Source of the DNA: an uncultured bacterium | Lineage (GTDB): Bacteria; Verrucomicrobiota; Lentisphaeria; Victivallales; UBA1829 | Reading direction: 5' to 3' | Assembly (NCBI GenBank): GCA_902762495.1 | Contig: CACWOL010000004.1 | Coordinates: 355 to 64,354, forward strand | Length of the DNA: 64,000 bases | Shown here: piece after piece, positions 39,781-49,758 of the stretch | Layout: every line of letters begins with the position of its first letter | How positions within the stretch are numbered: position 1 is the stretch's first letter | Notes under the pieces: model-generated | What the model was told of the DNA's origin: nothing | Seen by the model: only the letters and a program-made list of their open reading frames with translations | The model's database searches: none | Translations under genes and position numbers: made by a program

Positions 39781-40383
39781 ATGACCGCAATTCAGGCTCG
39801 CACTCTCATCCTCGCTGGCGTTCTCGCCTCATCCGCATGTATCCCGTGCGCCGCCGTGCTGTGCGCGCAGGAAGTCACCGAAGTCCCCGTTTCCTCCGCA
39901 GCCTCCGCGTCCACGAAGGACAAGGTCGTCAACGCCATTGAAGGCATCAAGTCCGGCGACATCTCCGCCGCGAAGGAAGCCGTCGCGTTCGACCGTCTCC
40001 TCAGCTACACACTCATCCGCATTTCCGACTGCTGGACCCTCTGCAAACAGGAAATGATCCTCGCGAAGGAATGCGCCCGCCAGGAGGCCGTCCAGACGGC
40101 CAAGGACATCTTCACCAAGGGCAAGGACGCCGCCATGGGACAAGGCCGCGAAGCCATCCTGGATGCGCTCCCTCTGCTCACCATTTCCGGCAAGGACGAG
40201 CTTCTGGACGATCCGGCGTCCGCATCCGCGCCCGCTTCTTCCGCCGCCGCGCCGGGCAGCAGCAACGACCCGGCGAAGATCCGCGAGTCCATTCAGAACC
40301 AGCTGAGCAATCCTGCCACCTCCGGCAGCACCGATCCCGCTCAGACCCGCGAAGCCGTCCAGAGCAATATCCGCAAAAACTGA
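39781..40383 (+). CDS. Secreted hypothetical protein
   Basis: Signal-peptide-like N-terminus; short C-terminal repeat (DPAKIRESIQ / DPAQTREAVQ). Confidence 0.65.
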   Translation: MTAIQARTLILAGVLASSACIPCAAVLCAQEVTEVPVSSAASASTKDKVVNAIEGIKSGDISAAKEAVAFDRLLSYTLIRISDCWTLCKQEMILAKECARQEAVQTAKDIFTKGKDAAMGQGREAILDALPLLTISGKDELLDDPASASAPASSAAAPGSSNDPAKIRESIQNQLSNPATSGSTDPAQTREAVQSNIRKN

Positions 40384-40489
40384 TCCCCGGTCCCGTTCCG
40401 CATCCGTCCGCGCAAACAGCGATTTTTTATCAAAAAGAGTTAAATATAGGATTCATGTTTGACTTTTTCCTGCACGCGGATATATTATC

Positions 40490-41125
40490 ATGAAAACAGC
40501 GGACTCAAAAAAAGCTGTTTCCACATCAAAACATCGCAGGGGAATACACCGAATGACATCCGGCGGGACATATGACGGGCAGGCGGAACAGCATCCGCCG
40601 GCGCGCGTCTTCATCATTGCGAAACGCGTCCTCTTCATCTGCATGCTCCTGTTTCCCGTTGTCGTCCTCGGATGCTTCGGCATCACGCAGTGGATTTACA
40701 ACATCCGGCATCCCTCGGAGATGAACGATACCCAAAGCCCCCTGCCCGGCGCATCGGCACCGGAACTGTCTGTTTTGAACGGCATCGAACCCGAAATCGC
40801 CGGAAAATACGACCTGACCGATTTTGAGTTCAAATACCGGGACGGCGCACTCCGCATCAAAATCAAGACCGCCGCAAGGGATGCGCGTCGCGTCCGCGCC
40901 GGGCAGGCGTTCGCGATCATGGAGGACATCCGCAAATTGCGCGGGACGATGCCGGGGATGCCGTCGTATGCATGGGTGCTGGAGATCGACCACGACGCGC
41001 CGGACGGCGGCATGACGTTCGTGCTGCCGGACACGGTCCGCGGTTACGAAGAGGAACATCGATGGCACAATGCCGCGCTGTACGAGGACTCGCCCGCGCA
41101 GACGGGGAAGGAGGCGCGGCCGTGA
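40490..41125 (+). CDS. Single-TM hypothetical protein, paralog A (start may be 40553)
   Basis: TM helix; PEIAGKY and VLEIDH..DGGMT motifs shared with the next gene. Confidence 0.65.
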   Translation: MKTADSKKAVSTSKHRRGIHRMTSGGTYDGQAEQHPPARVFIIAKRVLFICMLLFPVVVLGCFGITQWIYNIRHPSEMNDTQSPLPGASAPELSVLNGIEPEIAGKYDLTDFEFKYRDGALRIKIKTAARDARRVRAGQAFAIMEDIRKLRGTMPGMPSYAWVLEIDHDAPDGGMTFVLPDTVRGYEEEHRWHNAALYEDSPAQTGKEARP

Positions 41126-41643
41126 AGAAACTGACCTTCTGGGAAAAGATCGACGGCGTTTTCGGCGTCGGGACGTTCCTGCTGCTGTTGCTGCTGGACC
41201 TGCCGTTTCTGCTCGTGCCGCTCATGCTGATCCGCTACGACAACCACCGGAAAGACGGGATCGCACTGCACGAGCGCGCCTCGGACCGCCTCATCAACAA
41301 ATTCATCCGGCCCGAGATCGAAACGAAGTACAAAACCAAGGCTTTCCGCGTGAAGAGCCGCTTCAACAACGCCGCCATCCGGATCGAAACTGACGGCGCG
41401 GGGCAGTACGCCGGGATCACGGAGGACATCCTCCGGCTCGCGCGGGAGCCCGATATCCCGGCAAAACAGACACCGGAGGAACGGGGCACGGTTCAGGATC
41501 TCCGGAAGAGTTATATTCTTGAGTTCGACCACACTTCGGAGGACAGGGGCGTCACCGTCTTCTGCGCGAACGGGCACGGACATCCCTTCTACAGCACACC
41601 GTGGCACACGTCTGAGTTCTGGCCGGAAAAGAACGTCAAGTAG
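41122..41643 (+). CDS. Single-TM hypothetical protein, paralog B
   Basis: GGAGG RBS with a GTGA start/stop overlap; PEIETKY and ILEFDH..DRGVT motifs. Confidence 0.65.
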   Translation: MKKLTFWEKIDGVFGVGTFLLLLLLDLPFLLVPLMLIRYDNHRKDGIALHERASDRLINKFIRPEIETKYKTKAFRVKSRFNNAAIRIETDGAGQYAGITEDILRLAREPDIPAKQTPEERGTVQDLRKSYILEFDHTSEDRGVTVFCANGHGHPFYSTPWHTSEFWPEKNVK

Positions 41644-41826
41644 AGTTAAGACTCACGTTATTAACGCTTCCGCCTGCATTTTTTCCGCGTTTTTTACCGT
41701 GATGCGCCTCTTTTCCCGTTGAAAAACACTCTTCGGGCATTTATTGTATAGGCGTGTCCGCAAACGCGAACCGTTTTTTCGAACCGTTTCATCACTCCAC
41801 AATCAAGTTCCCAAGGAGATTGTAAC

Positions 41827-44502
41827 ATGACATTCATCCCCCACAGAAAAACGCTGCTGCGCGCGTTCTCCGTGGCAGCGGTACTCTCCGCGGCGGCGTT
41901 CGTCCCGTCCTGTCTTCAGTCGGCTTACACCGCCGATGCGGAGGTAAATCCCCTGAGTCCGGTATCGTTCACGTACCACGCAAAAGACGGTACGCTGATC
42001 GAGCTGACCGCGCTGACGGACAACTCCGTCCGTGTCCGCAGCACGAAAAACAAAGCATTCTCGAACAAACCGGAATTCATCCTTACCGGCGCCAAGCCGC
42101 GGGCATTTACGAAAGTCAGGCAGAATGCCGACGGCTTTACCTGCACGATCGACGATCTTTCCGTCCGCTATCAGGGCAGCACCCTGTCTTTTTCCGACGC
42201 CAAACACCCGTCCTCCAATCTTCAGGAGAACGTCGGAGCCCGGAAATTCGGGAAATCTCCGTCAAGGGACGCCGCCGCCGATTCCTACTGCGTCGAATCG
42301 ACATTCGTATCTCCCGGCGCGGAATTCCAGTTCGGCCTCGGCCAGTTCCAGGACAGCGTCCTGAACATCAAGAACCAGCCCCGCCAGCTCATCCAGGTCA
42401 ACACGCAGGCGTCCGTGCCGTTCCTCTACTCCACCGCCGGATACGGCCTGCTCTGGCACAACTACAGCCGCACGGAGTTCAACCCCGCCGACACGCCCAT
42501 TGAACTGAAGAAAGTCGCCGAAGGACAGGGCCAGACCGTCGAGGTCACCACGGCGACCGGCGGACGACGCGAATTCCGCCGCGACAACACCCTCTCCGGC
42601 GAGTTCACGGCGGACGCGGACGGCCTCTACGCATTCGAACTTGACTGCGGTCAGACCATGGCGCGCCGCCATGTCGTCCTCATCGACGACAAGCTTATCG
42701 TGGAACAGCGCAACACCTGGCTACCCCCGGTCATCGGATTCCAGGCGAATCTCACAAAAGGCAAACACACCATAACCGTCCAGAACGAGGCGAGAGACCG
42801 TACATCGCTCAAGGTCCGTCCGCTCAAGGGCAACCTCAATTTCACGACGTTCCGTTCCGACGACGCGAAGGAGATCGACTACGTCTACATCTCCGGCGAC
42901 GCCGAGAAGACCATGAAGACCTACCGCGAACTCTGCGGCAAGACCCCCATGCTCCCGAAATACGCGTTCGGCTACTGGCACTGCCGCGAACGCTACGTCT
43001 CGCAGGACGACCTGCTCTCCAATCTCCGTGAATTCCGCAACCGCAAGATCCCGGTCGACATCATCGTGCAGGACTGGCAGTGGTGGGATTCCGGCAAGTG
43101 GAACTCCATGCACTTCGACTCGCAGCGTTTCGGGAACCCGAAGGGCATGAACGACGAAGTCCACAAGCTGAACGCGCATTCCATGCTCTCCGTGTGGTCG
43201 AAGGCCAGCAAGGACAACCCGTTCGCCGAAAAGATGGTCGCCCTCGACGGCTACATCCGCGGCACCGACTGGATCGACTTCACCAAGCCCGAAGCCGCCA
43301 AGCTCTACTGGGACACCATCGTCTCCGACATCCTCTCCACCGGCATCGACAGCTGGTGGTTTGACGCCACTGAACCTGAAAACGACGATCTGCACAACCG
43401 CAACATCACGCTCGGACGCGGCAACGAGTACCGCAACGTCTACCCGCTCATTGTTAACACGACAGCCTATGACCGCCTGCGCCAGGCGCAGCCCGAACGC
43501 CGCGCCCTCATCCTGACCCGCTGCGCATTCGCGGGACAGAGCCGCCAGCCCAGCGTGATCTGGTCCGGCGACGTCGGCAGCAACTGGAGCGATTTCCGCA
43601 CGCAGATCATCTCCGGCCTCGGCATGATGATGAGCGGCATCCCGTACTGGACCACCGACACCGGCGGATTCTTCCGTCCCGGTGACCAGTACAGAAACAA
43701 GGAATACATCGAGCGTATGCTCCGCTGGTTCGAGTACAGCACGTTCTCGCCCATCCTGCGCGTCCACGGCTACACCAGCCAGACCGAACTCTGGCGTTAC
43801 GGCGAGGAGGCGGAAAAGGTCTTCCGCAAGTATCTCGACATCCGTTATCATCTGCTGCCCTACGTCTACACCGCCGCGGCCGACGCCGCGCTCGAAGGCG
43901 GCATCATCATGCGTCCGTGGATGGCCGACTTCCCCGGCGGCACTCTGACCGCGCAGAACGAAACAGAATATATGCTCGGCCCCTCCCTGCTCGTCGCGCC
44001 CGTCACGTCCCAGGACAAAACGGCGGAAGTCTATCTGCCGGCCAACAAGAAAGGCTGGTACGATCTCTGGACCGGGAAACAGTATAAGGAAAACAGTGTC
44101 GCAAAAGTCGACGCCCCGCTGGACCGCATCCCGGTGTTCGTGAAGGCGGGCGCGATCCTGCCCTGGGGTGAGACCATGCAGTACGTCGACGAGAAACTGC
44201 CCGAGACGCTCGAAATCCGTGTGTATCCCGGCGCGGACGGCTCCTACTCCCTGTACGAAGACAACGGCAAGGACTATTCCTACGAACAGGGCAAGTTCAC
44301 GCGCATCAAATTCGAGTGGAACGACGCGAAGGGCGAACTCACGATCGGAGACCGCAAGGGTGAGTACGACGGCATGCTGAAGAACCGCACGTTCCGCGTC
44401 TGCCTCATGAACGAGAAGAACGCCGGCGCGGACAATGTCGCGAAAGCCGACGCCGAAGTCAAATACTCCGGCAAAAAAGTGACCGTGAAACTGAGCAAGT
44501 AA
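41827..44502 (+). CDS. Secreted GH31 glycosidase (alpha-xylosidase/glucosidase type) with a DUF5110-like C-terminus
   Basis: IVQDWQWW, WWFDATEPE, WSGDV, WTTDTGGF and LYEDNG motifs. Confidence 0.92.
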   Translation: MTFIPHRKTLLRAFSVAAVLSAAAFVPSCLQSAYTADAEVNPLSPVSFTYHAKDGTLIELTALTDNSVRVRSTKNKAFSNKPEFILTGAKPRAFTKVRQNADGFTCTIDDLSVRYQGSTLSFSDAKHPSSNLQENVGARKFGKSPSRDAAADSYCVESTFVSPGAEFQFGLGQFQDSVLNIKNQPRQLIQVNTQASVPFLYSTAGYGLLWHNYSRTEFNPADTPIELKKVAEGQGQTVEVTTATGGRREFRRDNTLSGEFTADADGLYAFELDCGQTMARRHVVLIDDKLIVEQRNTWLPPVIGFQANLTKGKHTITVQNEARDRTSLKVRPLKGNLNFTTFRSDDAKEIDYVYISGDAEKTMKTYRELCGKTPMLPKYAFGYWHCRERYVSQDDLLSNLREFRNRKIPVDIIVQDWQWWDSGKWNSMHFDSQRFGNPKGMNDEVHKLNAHSMLSVWSKASKDNPFAEKMVALDGYIRGTDWIDFTKPEAAKLYWDTIVSDILSTGIDSWWFDATEPENDDLHNRNITLGRGNEYRNVYPLIVNTTAYDRLRQAQPERRALILTRCAFAGQSRQPSVIWSGDVGSNWSDFRTQIISGLGMMMSGIPYWTTDTGGFFRPGDQYRNKEYIERMLRWFEYSTFSPILRVHGYTSQTELWRYGEEAEKVFRKYLDIRYHLLPYVYTAAADAALEGGIIMRPWMADFPGGTLTAQNETEYMLGPSLLVAPVTSQDKTAEVYLPANKKGWYDLWTGKQYKENSVAKVDAPLDRIPVFVKAGAILPWGETMQYVDEKLPETLEIRVYPGADGSYSLYEDNGKDYSYEQGKFTRIKFEWNDAKGELTIGDRKGEYDGMLKNRTFRVCLMNEKNAGADNVAKADAEVKYSGKKVTVKLSK

Positions 44503-44536
44503 TCATCCGGCGCATCGGCGCCGAACTCAAAAGCAG

Positions 44537-44571
44537 AAGCCGCATCCGAAATTCGGGTGCGGCTTCTTTTT
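44537..44571 (+). terminator. Rho-independent terminator after GH31
   Basis: GAAGCCGCATCCGAA/TTCGGGTGCGGCTTC followed by TTTTT. Confidence 0.8.
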
Positions 44572-44791
44572 GTTGCCCGGTTCCCCCGACACAGGCGCAT
44601 CCCCGGACGCAAAGCATCCTCAATATAAGTCCTTTAAGATCTATATGACCTATCTGGAAGACTTTTGCCGGATCAGGCGTTCTCCGACTGAGGCGGATCC
44701 CTCCGCAAGCGCACAAGAAAAAACGCGGGCCGGAATGAAGCCGGTCCGCGGTACCGATGGCAGTGCGCAACTGACGCACGCACATGCGGTG

Positions 44792-47700
44792 TTAACGATT
44801 TCTGGGCGGAAGCGTGATGATGGAGCCGGTAACGGGCTGACCGTCACGGAGCTTGTCGGCGTTCTCGCGGGCAATCTCCTGCGCGCGGGAACGGTCCCCG
44901 AGCTGGGATTCCGCGATGTCCTCCAGCGTCTCGTTTGCGCGCACCTGATACATGCGGGAAACGTCGGGGGCCGCGCCGCCTCCAAAACCGCCGACCGGAC
45001 GGTCATCGACCACGGGGTTCTTCGGCGGATAACGCCGTTCAGGTTCCTTCGGAGTGACCTTGGAGCCCTTCGTGGTCACGGTAGCGACGTCAACCATCTC
45101 GTCGCGGGTGGCGAGGCGGAACATCAGGGTCTCGCTCTTTTCCTCGGGACGCCCGAAGTCGGTCACGATCTCGGCGTAGAGGGTCACGGGGCCGATCATC
45201 TTCTGCGCGCGCTGCCCGTAGTAATGCGTCTTGATCCTGTAGTCGCCGTTCATCGCGTTGCGGACCATGAACTCCTCGGGGCCGTAGCCCTGCGTGATAT
45301 CGAACGAGTTGCGGCCGCCGTTGGTGGTCAGGCGGTGCTGGTAGAAGCACTCCTCGCCGGTCGGGTCGATCGTGTGCAGGTCCATGTCGGACATGTCGGT
45401 GTCCCAGCCGATGGTCACGCGGAGGTCCATTTCGAGCGGATGCACGAGGCGGGAATCGATGTCCTTCAGCTCAATCCCGGCGCGTTTCGCCTTCACGATG
45501 AAGTTGTTCAGCTCGGTGATGGCGATCAACTCCACGTCGCGGAACCGTCCGTCCGGCTTCTTCACGATCGCGTTCAGCATCATGTCGGCGGCCTCCTGCC
45601 AGCGTCCCGCGTCGGCGAACACGAGCGCGAGGTCGCGGTAGGACTGCGGCTCCTCGGGAGCGAGTTCCAGCACCTTGCGGAACACGGTTTCGGCGGCATC
45701 GAGTTCGCCGAGGTATTTCAGGTTGTAGCCGAGCACGCGCAGGAGCATGCGATTTTCGAGCTGCATTTCGGCGAGGTTGGAGACCACGCGGATCGCGAAC
45801 TCACGCTGGCCGTTGCGGGCGAAATAGTCCGCGCAGTCCACGAAGAATCCGAGATTGTCGGCGTTCTCCTTCTTCGCGCGGAGTTCGAGATAGCGTTCCT
45901 GCGCCTTGTCCTTCGCGTCTTCGAGTTCCTTCAGGTAGGACGCGCCGGAAGTCCACTGGTTCAGCTTGATGGACTTGGATGCGCCGTTCGACGAGGAATC
46001 GGATTTCTTCGCGGAGGGGGCGCGCTCGAACGAGGCGTCGGCTTCCACCGCCATTTCCATCACGGGCATGGCGTCCATGGCCATGCCGTCTTCCATGTCG
46101 CGGCTGGCACGTTCCCTGCGTGCGGCGCCTCCTCCGAACCCGCCGCCGAAGCCGCCTATGCCGGGAGCAGCACCGCCGGCCGCGCCGCCGAAACCGCCCA
46201 TGCCGCCGGCCGCGTTCATCGGACGGATGCCGCCGCCACCGCCGAAGCCGCACTTGAAGACGGGATCCGGTCGTTTCTTGCCGTCGTACCAGTCGATGAT
46301 CTCGCTCTGATAGCGTTTCGCAAGCTGGTCGATGCGTTTATCCTGTTCGGTCGCGGCATCGGCTTTCTCCTTTGCCTTGTCCTTGGCGATCTGCGCCTGG
46401 CGTTCGTCGTACTGGGCGCGCCATTCGGGCAGCGTCTCGGGCGGACGGATGCTGTATTCGAGGTACTGGGAGAGGCTTTCGAGCACGAGCATGGAGGTGC
46501 CGGGCGTCACGAGGCCGTACGTCTGGCCGAGCGTGAGGAATTCGGACGGCGTGGTCTTCGGGTTGCGTTTCGCCTTTTCGAGTTTCAGCATGCCGTAGAG
46601 CGTGCGGATCATCCTGCCGTCGACCGCGGCGGCGGAATCCAGGTCGAACGCCATCGCGGGCAGTCCGGCGATCTTCACTTCAAGTTTGTGCTTGCCGTCG
46701 GGGAACGTCCCGGCGATCCTGACCGCTTCCCCGGAACGCGACACTTCGTAATCTGCGTCCGCGCCGTCGATCTTTACGGATTCGAGCGCGGCAGGATTCC
46801 CGGCGAGGAAACTTGCGAGCGCCGCCGCGGGCGTCATGCGCGCCAGATTCAGGTACAGGGCGTTCGCGCCGGACGCGTCGGCGAGGTATTCGAGGTAGGA
46901 CGTCTCGGAGGTCGTGGAGACGGAGACGAACGCGGTGCGGCCCTTCGCGGCGGGGATGTTCTCCGCGCCCTTGCCGAAGGTCTGGATGCCGTCTGTGAAG
47001 ACGAACGCGCAGGCATCGGCGGGGACCGCGGCGAGGAACTTCTCCAGCCCGAGGAAGTCGGTACCGCCGTCGCATGCGGTCTTCTTCAGGAAGTCGAGCA
47101 GCGCGGACGCGTCACCGTTCTTCACTGTGAACGTCTTCGCGGGCTCCAGCGTGTTGCGGAGCACGGACACATTGACGTCGACCGTCGCGCCTTTCATCTT
47201 GTCCGACGCGAAGAACTGTTTCAGCAGTTCCAGTTCGGGCGCGTGGTCGTTCGAGGCGCGGGACCCCGAGGCGTCCCACAGAACGGAGACGGATTTCGGC
47301 GTCTTGAAATCGGCGGCGTTCGTGGCGGCGGAAATGGTCGCGGAAACGAGGAAGAAGTTTTCGCCGCCGAAACGCTCGGTCTGCACGGGCGCGGGCTTGT
47401 CCGCCACGGTGATGCGGAGGTCTTCCGGCAGGGCGATGTTCTCAAGCGTGCGTTCGCCGAGCAGGGCGTTTTCCCATCGCTCGAAATTCAGGTTCGCGAA
47501 CGGCGCGGACTCGACCTGCGGCGCGGCGGCGGGATCCATGACCTCGACGCGGATGGACGCTTTTTCAAGCTCGTTCTCAAAGCGCATCGGCAGCGTGAAG
47601 ATCGGCGTGCCGTCCACGCGGTCTACCTCGGAGATGAACGTGATGCGGATGCGGCGGCTGCCGCGTGCCGGAATCGGATAGATGCGCGTGCGGTAGCTGT

Positions 47701-49162
47701 TGCCTCCGACGGACTCAATGAGCGCAGGGTCCGCGCCCTTGCGTTCGATGGCCTCGAAGACCTCCTGCGCGCGCTTCTTTTCCACGATGGCGGCATCGAT
47801 CATCTTGCCGTTGATGTCCAGCGCCGCGCCGGTCACGGTGGCTCCTGCGGGCAGAGGCAGCGTGAATTCGCCTTCCAGCGCGAGCGGGTTCGGATTGCTC
47901 ACGACCGCCTCGAACTCCGTGCTGGCGATCTCGCCGCGGATGCGGACTTTCGCCGAGACCTCGGACACGACGACCGGGACCAGTTTCGGGTCGGCCGGAC
48001 GCGGCGGAGGCAGGATGCGGATCGGGGGCAGGATCACGCGCGGTTCGACGAACGGACGCGGACGGAGATACAGGTCTTGCGTTTCATTCATGGTTCTTGC
48101 TCCTTTTGTTCCTCCCGCGGCCGCAAGTGCCTGCGTCGCGGCAATTTTCATCTGGGGTGCGGATTCTTCCTTTGCAGCTGCACCCGGTTCGGAATTCGTA
48201 TCGGCAACGGCATTTTCCGGCTGAATCGTTCTGGCACGCGCATCACGAGCGGGAGCAGCGCCACCGCCGAAACCGCCGCCGAAGCCGCCAGCGGGAGCAG
48301 CACCGCCACCGAAACCGCCACCGAAACCACCGAAGCCACCGGCAGGACGATTACCTCTAGCAACACCGCCACCAAAGCCGCCGAAGCCGCCAGCGGGAGC
48401 AGCACCGCCACCGAAACCACCGAAGCCACCGGCAGGACGATTACCTCCAGCAGCACCGCCGCCCATCGGAGGCAGACCGCCGCCGAAGCCGCCCATACCG
48501 CCGGCAGGACGATTGTCTCCGGCAGGAGCAGCATCGCCTGCGGGAGCGGCACCGGCAACAGCCCCGCCGTCGGCAGGAACAACACCCCCGACGAAGGCAT
48601 CAGCAGCAGGAGCAGCGGCCTCGTCAGGTTCGGGATCGACAACGGCCATTCGGCGCGCATTCACTGCGGGCGCGACATTATCTTCGCGCGCCAAAGCCAT
48701 AGAAGCGGCGACCATCCCGCCGTCAAGCGATGCGCTTGCCTCCGCAGATTCCCTGTTATCCAGCATGGACATAAGGACCACCGATTCCGGCTCATTTTCT
48801 GTCGCTTTCGCTTTCATCAGGTTCGCGCCGTATGCGGCAGGAGTCTGCGCTTCAACGACCGTGTCGACGCCCGGCATGCCGTAGTTGTCGCTGCGGATCG
48901 CGGACGAATCGTCCTTCAGCGTGGTGAGCACGAGCTGGAAGGCCAGGAGGCAGACCGCGACGCCTGCCGCGGCCTTCCAGATCATGGGGAAATGAGGGCG
49001 TTCCTGCGCCTTCGCCGCCGCGAAGAAACGGTGTGTGAATTCGTCTTCCGGTGTGTAGATGCCGGACTGTTCGCGGACGTCGTGGCGCTCCTTCAGCTTC
49101 TGGAGCAGAGCGTCCAGGTCGCGCGCGCCGTTTTCGTTGCTGTCGGTGTTATGCTTCTTCAT
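44792..49162 (-). CDS. Large fusion: anti-sigma-like N-terminus/TM, Gly-rich linker, VIT domain, vWA-like domain, TPR, DUF2135-like domain, LysM
   Basis: VIT (NPNPLALEGEFTLPLPAGATVTG..A.IVEK), WDASGS/DGGT/FTDG (vWA MIDAS-like), TPR (APEEPQSYRDLA), WDTD..DMDLH..DITQGYGPEEF, and YQVRANETL..IA (LysM-like). Confidence 0.8.
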   Translation of the reverse strand: MKKHNTDSNENGARDLDALLQKLKERHDVREQSGIYTPEDEFTHRFFAAAKAQERPHFPMIWKAAAGVAVCLLAFQLVLTTLKDDSSAIRSDNYGMPGVDTVVEAQTPAAYGANLMKAKATENEPESVVLMSMLDNRESAEASASLDGGMVAASMALAREDNVAPAVNARRMAVVDPEPDEAAAPAADAFVGGVVPADGGAVAGAAPAGDAAPAGDNRPAGGMGGFGGGLPPMGGGAAGGNRPAGGFGGFGGGAAPAGGFGGFGGGVARGNRPAGGFGGFGGGFGGGAAPAGGFGGGFGGGAAPARDARARTIQPENAVADTNSEPGAAAKEESAPQMKIAATQALAAAGGTKGARTMNETQDLYLRPRPFVEPRVILPPIRILPPPRPADPKLVPVVVSEVSAKVRIRGEIASTEFEAVVSNPNPLALEGEFTLPLPAGATVTGAALDINGKMIDAAIVEKKRAQEVFEAIERKGADPALIESVGGNSYRTRIYPIPARGSRRIRITFISEVDRVDGTPIFTLPMRFENELEKASIRVEVMDPAAAPQVESAPFANLNFERWENALLGERTLENIALPEDLRITVADKPAPVQTERFGGENFFLVSATISAATNAADFKTPKSVSVLWDASGSRASNDHAPELELLKQFFASDKMKGATVDVNVSVLRNTLEPAKTFTVKNGDASALLDFLKKTACDGGTDFLGLEKFLAAVPADACAFVFTDGIQTFGKGAENIPAAKGRTAFVSVSTTSETSYLEYLADASGANALYLNLARMTPAAALASFLAGNPAALESVKIDGADADYEVSRSGEAVRIAGTFPDGKHKLEVKIAGLPAMAFDLDSAAAVDGRMIRTLYGMLKLEKAKRNPKTTPSEFLTLGQTYGLVTPGTSMLVLESLSQYLEYSIRPPETLPEWRAQYDERQAQIAKDKAKEKADAATEQDKRIDQLAKRYQSEIIDWYDGKKRPDPVFKCGFGGGGGIRPMNAAGGMGGFGGAAGGAAPGIGGFGGGFGGGAARRERASRDMEDGMAMDAMPVMEMAVEADASFERAPSAKKSDSSSNGASKSIKLNQWTSGASYLKELEDAKDKAQERYLELRAKKENADNLGFFVDCADYFARNGQREFAIRVVSNLAEMQLENRMLLRVLGYNLKYLGELDAAETVFRKVLELAPEEPQSYRDLALVFADAGRWQEAADMMLNAIVKKPDGRFRDVELIAITELNNFIVKAKRAGIELKDIDSRLVHPLEMDLRVTIGWDTDMSDMDLHTIDPTGEECFYQHRLTTNGGRNSFDITQGYGPEEFMVRNAMNGDYRIKTHYYGQRAQKMIGPVTLYAEIVTDFGRPEEKSETLMFRLATRDEMVDVATVTTKGSKVTPKEPERRYPPKNPVVDDRPVGGFGGGAAPDVSRMYQVRANETLEDIAESQLGDRSRAQEIARENADKLRDGQPVTGSIITLPPRNR

Positions 49163-49655
49163 AAGATACCTCCCGGATGGATTGGGCCAGTAATTGTTTC
49201 GCTTTGTGGATCCTCTGGTACAACGTGTTGCGAGTACAGCCCAGCATCGCGGCGGCCTCGTCCGGAGCGTATCCGGAAAGAACCCCGACCGACAACGATT
49301 CCCGGTAGAGTCTGGGGAGGCGGGCAACGGCTGCATCCAGCCGGTCCAGCAGGCTCGCTTCCTCGGCTGCCTCGCCGGACGCTGCGCCCGATTCCCCGTA
49401 ATCCGCCAGGACTTCGTGTTCCCGGGCACGATCACGCACCATGTCGTAGCACACGTTGATCAGGATTCTGGTCACCCAGGTCGCGAACTCCGACTGACCG
49501 TGGAACCCGGCGTACTTCCGCCAGGCGGTCATCAAAGCCTCCTGAACGGCGTCGTCAACGTCCGCCGGGCTGCCGAGGATCCGCATCGCGGTCCCACGGA
49601 GCAGTCCGAGCTTCTCTCTGATCAGCTGTTCGAAGACCTGTTCTCTGGTTTCCAT
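49149..49655 (-). CDS. ECF (sigma-70 family) RNA polymerase sigma factor
   Basis: DDAVQEA, FATWVTRILINVCYD, and region 4 (EAAAMLG..NTLYQRIHKAK); overlaps the downstream gene start. Confidence 0.92.
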   Translation of the reverse strand: METREQVFEQLIREKLGLLRGTAMRILGSPADVDDAVQEALMTAWRKYAGFHGQSEFATWVTRILINVCYDMVRDRAREHEVLADYGESGAASGEAAEEASLLDRLDAAVARLPRLYRESLSVGVLSGYAPDEAAAMLGCTRNTLYQRIHKAKQLLAQSIREVSYEEA

Positions 49656-49758
49656 AAATCCCTTTCAACACGTTTCTGACAATTAGACCCCCAAGACCGG
49701 GTAAATCTTAGCGTGTTTTCGGAAAAAAATCAAAAAAAACAAAAAAAAGTTCGAAAAA

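Noticed and set aside
44570-49459. 1629-aa plus-strand ORF
   Set aside because: Antisense shadow of the GC3-rich VIT fusion gene, with no recognisable motifs. The same applies to the long shadow ORFs opposite rnf, GH35, GH43, purB and flotillin.
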